From NCBI GenBank assembly GCA_963815195.1, contig CAWFGE010000020.1, forward strand, positions 256,001-320,000: a stretch of DNA of 64,000 nucleotides. Reading direction: 5' to 3'. Of this stretch, positions 57,815 through 64,000 are shown one piece after another. A program made the position numbers and the translations under genes. Each line of letters starts with the position of its first letter. Positions within the stretch are counted from its first letter, which is position 1. The notes below the pieces were generated by a model. The model was not told the DNA's origin. It saw only the letters and a list, made by a program, of their open reading frames with translations, and did not search any database. The DNA comes from an uncultured Planctomycetaceae bacterium (GTDB lineage: Bacteria; Planctomycetota; Planctomycetia; Planctomycetales; Planctomycetaceae).

Positions 57815-58840
57815 TCACTGAGCTTTGCGTTTGATGTTGAAGTCGCCCGCGATGTTTCGCCACATCGAGTGCACGTGGTTGGCGTCGTTCTGGGTGTTGT
57901 TGTATTCGATGATGAACGTCTCGCCCTGCACGCGATAGTAATGCCGCTCGTTGCGTTCGCTGCTGCCCCACCACGCGAAATAGGTGTTGTCCAAGCCGGA
58001 GCGGTTGATGCGGTCCCGGCGTTCGGCTTCCACGTCGGCGGGCATGTTTTTGAGGTATTCCGAAAGGAGTTCGCGGAGCAGCTTCTTCTGGTCGCTGCTC
58101 ATTTTGGAGACGGGCAAGCCGACGGCTTGGGTGACGACCGGCTGGGCTTCGCCGCCGCCCCGCAGGTCGTCGGGGGCCTCTTTACTTTGCCAGGCGAGCT
58201 TTTGCTGCTCTTCGCTACAGAGCTTAAGGATTTGCCGGGCGAGATCTTCTTCGGTGCCCAAAACGCGGATCGACCGGCCGGGGCCCGCGTCGATGAACGC
58301 GGGATTGGCTCCGAAGAACTCCGGCGTGCTGGAGACGACCTTCCCGTCCGTGATCGTATAATTCAATGAGATGTGATGCCCTTCCACCCGCCAGCCCCAG
58401 GTGCCGGCGTTCGCAGGCTCGCCGAAGATGCTGAGATAGTATTTTTGCGGATCGCGTTTCTCCCGCCGTTCTTCGCGGTTGCCTTCTTCCAGGAGGTAGA
58501 GCACTTCTTCCAGGCTCATAATGTCCAGGGCCTGATCGTACCCCGCTTCGGAAAGGCCGGTGGCAATCAAGGTCTTGGCGCGTTTCTTGTCGGCATCGGA
58601 AAGATCCTTGAGCGGAAGCCCTTTGCGTTCGCGGGGAATGAAGTGCCAGTTCAAGCGTTCTTTGTCGCCATAGGCGAAGGTGGCTTGCTGGTTTTGCTTT
58701 TCGGGAAGTTGCTCGAGGAAGGCCTGGGCTGCTTTGGCCATTTTTGTGCCCGAGGGCGTTTCCTGATTCTGCCGGGCGGCCAACAGCGCCCCCATCGTGA
58801 TCACCACCACAGCCGCCAGTCCCAATTTTTTTCCGTGCAT
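57815..58840 (-). CDS. Secreted DUF3500 protein
   Basis: Signal peptide, WHFIP..RKGL, WGWRVEGHHISLN and NHVHSMWR. Confidence 0.9.
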   Translation of the reverse strand: MHGKKLGLAAVVVITMGALLAARQNQETPSGTKMAKAAQAFLEQLPEKQNQQATFAYGDKERLNWHFIPRERKGLPLKDLSDADKKRAKTLIATGLSEAGYDQALDIMSLEEVLYLLEEGNREERREKRDPQKYYLSIFGEPANAGTWGWRVEGHHISLNYTITDGKVVSSTPEFFGANPAFIDAGPGRSIRVLGTEEDLARQILKLCSEEQQKLAWQSKEAPDDLRGGGEAQPVVTQAVGLPVSKMSSDQKKLLRELLSEYLKNMPADVEAERRDRINRSGLDNTYFAWWGSSERNERHYYRVQGETFIIEYNNTQNDANHVHSMWRNIAGDFNIKRKAQ

Positions 58841-58914
58841 CTCGGGTTCCTTTATCTCAGATAATCAATAGAGGTTGTTTTAGTCGAGGAATGATCCCGT
58901 CTTACCTTTCATCA

Positions 58915-58940
58915 AAACCGGCGGCTAGCGCCTACCGCTC
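58915..58940. repeat. Family B REP single copy (a related inverted copy lies at 13271-13294)
   Basis: aaaccggcggctagcgcctaccgctc. Confidence 0.65.
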
Positions 58941-58959
58941 TGATTCGAGAATTCGGCCG

Positions 58960-59307
58960 CTAGCCCGGCGGCCAACCGAGCGGGCGGCCACCCAGTACGT
59001 GAATGTGCAAATGATCGACGCTCTGCCCGCCGTCGGGACCGCAGTTGAGAACGGTGCGATAACCGTTCGAGAGCCCTTCCTGCTCGGCCACGTTGCGGGC
59101 GACAATCAGCAAATGTCCCAAGAGGGCCGCATCGCTTTCCTGGGCTTCGGCGAGGTTGACGATTTCATTTTTGGGAATGATCAAAACGTGCGTGGGCGCC
59201 TGCGGATTGACGTCCCGGATCGCGAGGCATTTGTCATCCTCGAACACAATATTGGCGGGGATTTCCTTGTCGATGATTTTTTTGAAGATCGTCTTCTCGC
59301 CGGACAT
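58960..59307 (-). CDS. HIT family nucleotide-binding protein
   Basis: [19 protein letters not shown] and the triad HLHIH. Confidence 0.95.
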   Translation of the reverse strand: MSGEKTIFKKIIDKEIPANIVFEDDKCLAIRDVNPQAPTHVLIIPKNEIVNLAEAQESDAALLGHLLIVARNVAEQEGLSNGYRTVLNCGPDGGQSVDHLHIHVLGGRPLGWPPG

Positions 59308-59340
59308 TTCGCCTCCGGGGATCCTGTTGCAATGTTTTTT

Positions 59341-59409
59341 CATCAGCCGGCACGCGTTCGCGTCCAGTTGTTTCGATCGATGAACCGGGGCTAGCGCCCA
59401 GCGGCTAAT
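59341..59409. repeat. Family B REP doublet
   Basis: catcagccggcacgcgttcgcgtccagtt ... gaaccggggctagcgcccagcggctaat. Confidence 0.75.
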
Positions 59410-59462
59410 TTACTGCGACAACGATTTCGCGTATCTTACAGGAAAGGTCTGCGGTTCCCAAG

Positions 59463-60227
59463 TCAGCCGCCCAAGGGCCGGAGCAGCACACCCACCACGT
59501 AGGCCAGGATCGCGGCTCCGCCACCGATGAACAGCGTTTCCAAGCCGGCCCGCCACCAGCTTGCAGCGACGTGCCGGGACTTCATCGCCCCGATGCCGAA
59601 AAACGCGAAAGCTGTCAACACCGAACTGCTCGCGAACAAAACTTGCTGCGGCTGCGCGGACCAGACGGGGATGATAAACGGCAACAACGGCAACAGCCCC
59701 ACCGCCACGAACGCGAAAAACGTCACCAGGGCGGCTTTCATCGGCGAAGGCGTCACCCCGGACAGCCCCCATTCCTCGCGGAGCATGGTTTCCACCCAGA
59801 GCTTGCGGTCGCTGATGATGACCTCCGTCACGCGATCGAGCAGTTCCCCCTCGAAGCCTTTCTGGTGAAAGATTTCGCGGATTTCGCGGGCTTCGCCAGC
59901 GGGAACGCGATCGATGTGGCGTTCTTCAATCCGCCGCGCCCGCTTGCGAAGCTCCAGATCGGACTTGGTGCCCAGGTAATTGCTGACCGCCATGCTGAAC
60001 CCGTCCGCCACCAGATTGCAGAAGCCCAGAATCACGACAACGACGCTGGAAAGCTCCGCGCCCACGGCTCCCGCGACCACGGCGAAAGTTGTGACGCAGC
60101 CGTCGATCGCCCCGTACACAAAATCCCGCACGAAGTTTTGCACCGGCGCCGTCGAGAGCCGATCCGCCACCGCTTCCGCCGTGTGCTCGGATTCGAGCGC
60201 TACCAGATCGGGTTCGGAGTCGGACAT
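59463..60227 (-). CDS. VIT1/CCC1 family Fe/Mn transporter
   Basis: DFVYGAIDG.VTTFAVVAG, NLVADGFSMA and an acidic cytoplasmic domain. Confidence 0.93.
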   Translation of the reverse strand: MSDSEPDLVALESEHTAEAVADRLSTAPVQNFVRDFVYGAIDGCVTTFAVVAGAVGAELSSVVVVILGFCNLVADGFSMAVSNYLGTKSDLELRKRARRIEERHIDRVPAGEAREIREIFHQKGFEGELLDRVTEVIISDRKLWVETMLREEWGLSGVTPSPMKAALVTFFAFVAVGLLPLLPFIIPVWSAQPQQVLFASSSVLTAFAFFGIGAMKSRHVAASWWRAGLETLFIGGGAAILAYVVGVLLRPLGG

Positions 60228-60242
60228 GATTCAGCCCAAAAT

Positions 60243-60309
60243 GGCGAAGAGCCAAGAGCCAATCCAAGATGCGTTCCGGCTCTTGGCTCTCCGCTCTTGG
60301 TTCTCCGCT
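60243..60309. repeat. Short heptamer palindrome (AAGAGCC / GGCTCTT units)
   Basis: gaagagccaagagcca ... ggctcttggctctccgctcttggttctcc, between fwdA and VIT1. Confidence 0.55.
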
Positions 60310-60312
60310 TTT

Positions 60313-61965
60313 CTACAAGGTCGGGATCACTTCGTGCTCATCGATGTACCAGTCGCCGACCGGGTAGTTGCGGAAGCGGATTGTGTAGTTTTCCTCGAAC
60401 CAGTTTTGAATGTCGGGCACGGCGTCTTCATCGTAACGCGGGGCGACGTGCAGCAGTTTGCCGTCCACCGGCGACCGGATTTCGCCGTCTTCGACCACGA
60501 CTTCGCCCGCCCGCAGCACATAGCGGGGGATCGAGAACATCTTTTGATAGTCGCGGTCCTTTTGATAAATCGTGATGTCCGCATCGGCCCCCGGCCCCAG
60601 ATGGCCTTTGTGTTTTAAGCCCAACATCCGCGCGGGGGCGGCACGGGTGATGATCGCGATTTCGTTCAGCGTATATTCGCGGTCCAAGTCGGCAAGAGTG
60701 CACCGCTCGCGGACTTTCGCGGGCACCCGGCTGAGCATTTCCTCCCGGCGACTGCGGTCCATCAACAGGGCGATGATTTCGGGATAGGCCAGAAACGAGC
60801 TGCCGTTGGGATGGTCGGTGCTCATCGCGATCCGCCAGGGATCCTGCATCAAAAGATACCACTCCAACCCGATCGCCCATTGGAGGGCATGCACCAGGGA
60901 CTTGTTTTTGTAAGTGATGGGGACGATGCCGCAGCCGGTTTCCATTTCGGTGTCGCCGCTGAACCACTTCCGGCCCATGACCTTGTGCAGAAAATATCCC
61001 AAGGGCCCGTCGCCGGTCATTGAAACCGTGTCGCCGAACATCACTTGCCCGACATCCACGGTGAGGTTCGGTTGGGAGTGGAGGTACTCGACGAGCGCCG
61101 GGACTTCGGAGCGGAACGTGGATTGATCGTCCGCATCGCCGCCGTAGCTGTGGAATTGGATGTGCGTGATGTGCCCCCGCCGGCCTTCGAGAGCCTTCAT
61201 GGTTTCCAAGGTCGTCCGCCAGTTGCCGGGGATGCCCAGGTTGTTGCAGTGAATGTGTACAGGGTGCGGCAAGCCCAACTCGCCCGCCGCCTGCGCGACG
61301 CCGGTGATGATCTGCCGGGGCGTGACGTCAAAATGCTGCACGTGATCGTCCAGCCCGTGGGCGTTGCCGCCGCCGGATTTCCAGACTTCGACGCCGCCCG
61401 GATTCACAAGTTTGCACGCATAACCCTTGGCGGCATTTAAGAGCCACGCGACGTAATTGCGGAGCCGTTCCGGTTCGTTCGCGTGGAGTTGTTTCATCAC
61501 GTAGTGATTGTTGCCCATCAAGACATAAAAGCCTTTGTCGATGATGGGCGTATCGTGCAGTTCTTCGTGGGCGTGCCGGGCCATGAGCGGCGGAATGGCG
61601 GCATCGAAGGCGGTGGTGTAACCGAGCCCGGCATACAAATAGCCGGTCGCGAAGGTGCTGGGCACGCTGCCGCCGGTGCCCGATCGCGTGAGAGCCGTTC
61701 GCATGACCGGTTTGGCGATGCGTTTTTCGTCCGGCATCATTTTGCGGGCGGTGTTGACCTTGGGGCCGGCGATGTGGCAGTGCATGTCCACGCCGCCGGG
61801 CATGACGATCATCCCCGTCGCATCGATCGTCTTGTCGGGGCGGACGGCGGGATCTTCGGGGTCCGCGACGATGCGGCCGTCCTCGATCCATACATCCCGA
61901 ATTTTTCCGTCGATTCCATGCAGGGGGTCATAAACGATCCCCGATTTCACGCACAAAAGGCTCAT
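60313..61965 (-). CDS. fwdA: Formylmethanofuran dehydrogenase / formyltransferase-hydrolase subunit A
   Basis: Amidohydrolase motifs DMHCHIAG, KLVNPGG, HIHCNNLG, HIQFHSYG and STDHPNG. Confidence 0.95.
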   Translation of the reverse strand: MSLLCVKSGIVYDPLHGIDGKIRDVWIEDGRIVADPEDPAVRPDKTIDATGMIVMPGGVDMHCHIAGPKVNTARKMMPDEKRIAKPVMRTALTRSGTGGSVPSTFATGYLYAGLGYTTAFDAAIPPLMARHAHEELHDTPIIDKGFYVLMGNNHYVMKQLHANEPERLRNYVAWLLNAAKGYACKLVNPGGVEVWKSGGGNAHGLDDHVQHFDVTPRQIITGVAQAAGELGLPHPVHIHCNNLGIPGNWRTTLETMKALEGRRGHITHIQFHSYGGDADDQSTFRSEVPALVEYLHSQPNLTVDVGQVMFGDTVSMTGDGPLGYFLHKVMGRKWFSGDTEMETGCGIVPITYKNKSLVHALQWAIGLEWYLLMQDPWRIAMSTDHPNGSSFLAYPEIIALLMDRSRREEMLSRVPAKVRERCTLADLDREYTLNEIAIITRAAPARMLGLKHKGHLGPGADADITIYQKDRDYQKMFSIPRYVLRAGEVVVEDGEIRSPVDGKLLHVAPRYDEDAVPDIQNWFEENYTIRFRNYPVGDWYIDEHEVIPTL

Positions 61966-62080
61966 CAGTCGGCTCGTCTTGGAGTGGTTCAATCGTTTTC
62001 CGTCAGTCTAATGAACCCGGCGGAGAAAGAGAAACCCACTCCATTTCGACAGCCTTCGATAAGCGGAATCCCCTTGGCGT

Positions 62081-62278
62081 TCAACGGGCTTTGAGACGGA
62101 ACGTTTTGGGTTCGGGTGAGGAGATGAGCACGGGGCCGTCTGGGGAATGGATCGGCTCGCCGGGGCCATCATCCAGGCGGAAGTGGACTTCCGAACCCTC
62201 GATGTCGATCACCGTCACGGTGCGATCGCCGATCACCAAAACATCACCCACGGACAGTTCCACTGTGATTTCCGGCAC
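62081..62278 (-). CDS. Small CsrA-like beta protein
   Basis: 'VGDVLVIGDRTVTVIDIEGSEVHFRL' resembles the CsrA core but lacks the canonical termini. Confidence 0.5.
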   Translation of the reverse strand: MPEITVELSVGDVLVIGDRTVTVIDIEGSEVHFRLDDGPGEPIHSPDGPVLISSPEPKTFRLKAR

Positions 62279-62592
62279 GGGAATTCTCCAAGCAGTGCGA
62301 AAAAATCCAGGCAATGTGCGGCCCGTGGTGTCACGGTCGGCTCCCAGCCAAATGCCGCGCGGCCCGGTGGCGGGGCGGGGTTATAGCATGTGACGAAAAT
62401 TGAGGCAAAGTGGATTCCGAGATTTCCCGAGCTTTTCGGATTTAACGCCAATCGCCATAATCTTCTGGGGCCGATCCGCGCGACTTTGAGTTCGGATTCG
62501 AAGCGGTTTGGTCCCTGGGAATGATCAGCCGGCTTACGCCGGCCGCTCGCCTTGGCATCAGAAAAATCCAAAACCAGCGGAAGGGAATCCCG

Positions 62593-63561
62593 ATGCAGCC
62601 GTTGACCTTTGCTCCCATCCTCAAACGCATCCGCTGGGGCGGCCGCCGGCTGGGAACGCTCCTGGGCAAACCGCTCGGCCCCGAAGCCGACTATGCGGAA
62701 AGCTGGGAAATCGCCGATCACGGGGACGATCAAAGCCTCGTCGCCGCTGGAGCATTCGCCGGTTGGCCGCTCAACAAACTGGTGGAGGAATGCGGAGAGG
62801 AACTCTTCGGCCATCATGCCGGGCGGAGGCAGTTTCCCCTCTTGATCAAGTTTCTGGACGCGAACGATCGGCTCTCGCTGCAGGTCCATCCCAATGATGT
62901 CCAGGCCAAAGAATTCGACGCGAACGAAAACGGAAAAACCGAAGCCTGGGTGATTGTCCACGCGGATCCGGGCAGCCGATTGTACGCGGGGCTGAAAGCC
63001 GGGGTGGACCGCGAAACCCTGCGGAAGCATCTCAACGAAAACCACCTGGACGAGTGCCTGCACGGTTTCGAAGTCTCGGCGGGCGACTGCGTATTCCTCC
63101 CCGCGGGCACGGTGCACGCGATCGGCGCGGGCATCGTGCTTGCGGAAATCCAGCAGTCGAGCAATATCACGTTTCGCCTCTCCGATTGGGGCCGACTGGG
63201 AACGGACGGCAAACCGCGCCCGTTACACATCAAGGAAGCCCTGTCCTGCATCGATTTCGAGCGAGGCCCCGTTTCACCCGTCATTCCCCAAAAACTTTAC
63301 ACCCGCACGGAAGAACTCGTCCGCTGCGACTACTTCGTCATGCACCGCCACCAAAGTGCCGAGCCGTTTTCGCTCCCCGTCGAGGACCGGTTCCATGTGC
63401 TGATGATGCTCGGCGGAGCCGCGGATTTGAGGACTGGAGGATTTTTGCGGGCGGTCGATTTGGGGCAGACCGTGTTAATCCCCGCGCATGGGGCGGATGT
63501 GGAAATCATTCCCCGCGGCGATTCGGGTGCGATCGTATTGGACGCTTTTTTGCCGGATTGA
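62593..63561 (+). CDS. manA: Type I phosphomannose isomerase
   Basis: WGG..L, AESWE, FPLLIKFLDA..LSLQVHP, GKTEAW, GTVHAIG and EIQQSS. Confidence 0.92.
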   Translation: MQPLTFAPILKRIRWGGRRLGTLLGKPLGPEADYAESWEIADHGDDQSLVAAGAFAGWPLNKLVEECGEELFGHHAGRRQFPLLIKFLDANDRLSLQVHPNDVQAKEFDANENGKTEAWVIVHADPGSRLYAGLKAGVDRETLRKHLNENHLDECLHGFEVSAGDCVFLPAGTVHAIGAGIVLAEIQQSSNITFRLSDWGRLGTDGKPRPLHIKEALSCIDFERGPVSPVIPQKLYTRTEELVRCDYFVMHRHQSAEPFSLPVEDRFHVLMMLGGAADLRTGGFLRAVDLGQTVLIPAHGADVEIIPRGDSGAIVLDAFLPD

Positions 63562-63592
63562 CAACTTGCGGACGAAAAATCCACAAAAAACA

Positions 63593-63624
63593 AAAGCCGC
63601 AAACCTATTGAGGTTTACGGCTTT
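63593..63624. terminator. Hairpin between convergent manA and tRNA-Asp, probable bidirectional terminator
   Basis: aaagccgcaaacct-attg-aggtttacggcttt. Confidence 0.7.
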
Positions 63625-63631
63625 CGTTTAG

Positions 63632-63705
<74 letters not shown>

Positions 63706-63845
63706 TTTCTCGCGAAATTCTAACCTGGATTATCGGCCCGTCAAGTCGGCGGGTCTCTGCTTTCTCGACATTTTCCCACACTTCGCGGCGGATGGGCTTC
63801 TGGGCGTGGGGTGTGGGACGGTTAGGCTCTGTCCCGTGAATCCCT

Positions 63846-63905
63846 CATTAGCCCGAAGCGCGAGCGAGGGACCCGGAATAAAATCCCTCGCTGACGCTTC
63901 GGGCT
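63846..63905. repeat. Family A REP doublet
   Basis: cattagcccgaagcgcgagcgaggg...ccctcgctgacgcttcgggct. Confidence 0.85.
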
Positions 63906-63925
63906 GTTTCAGACGGGCGGGGTGG

Positions 63926-64000
63926 TCAAAACCAGATGCCGGCCCCGGCCATCGGGCCGTTGAAGTGGAGATCGCCGAGACGGTAGGAATCGTAGCCGAC
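63926..64000 (-). CDS. C-terminus of a probable outer-membrane beta-barrel protein (partial)
   Basis: Reads ...VGYDSYRLGDLHFNGPMAGAGIWF*, an alternating beta strand ending in Phe. Confidence 0.5.
   Translation of the reverse strand, partial: VGYDSYRLGDLHFNGPMAGAGIWF

Overview
GC-rich bacterial chromosome segment, almost certainly from a planctomycete: it carries DUF1501, TIGR03067, a PVC-type CxxCH protein, a LEPR-XLL-type surface protein and fwd/fhc C1 genes. Most of the window is housekeeping or lineage-typical: MATE transporter, class III aminotransferase, rnpB, MoxR, Nif3, CapD-like dehydratase, thrC, carB, fwdA/B/D, corA, HIT, VIT1, manA and tRNA-Asp. About ten single-base frameshifts, including one in carB, point to indel errors in the assembly. 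The intergenic spaces hold several families of REP/REPIN-like palindromes. The most striking region is an accessory mosaic at about 29.0-33.7 kb. There, two REPIN-like doublets each sit at the junction of two 5'-truncated genes that point away from them (IS3 end | ISL3 remnant; Hint-toxin tail plus candidate immunity gene | Clp ATPase fragment), followed by an intact ISKra4-type IS with a 9-bp target duplication. Other highlights are a 170-bp mini-IS inserted in a REP doublet with a 52-bp CTAG-to-CTAG duplication, a class III cyclase-TM-NACHT protein, a TIR protein with a duplicated unnamed domain next to a REC-anti-sigma-STAS fusion, and a candidate H-NS/Rok-like nucleoid protein. All family assignments come from motif recognition by eye; no database searches were run.
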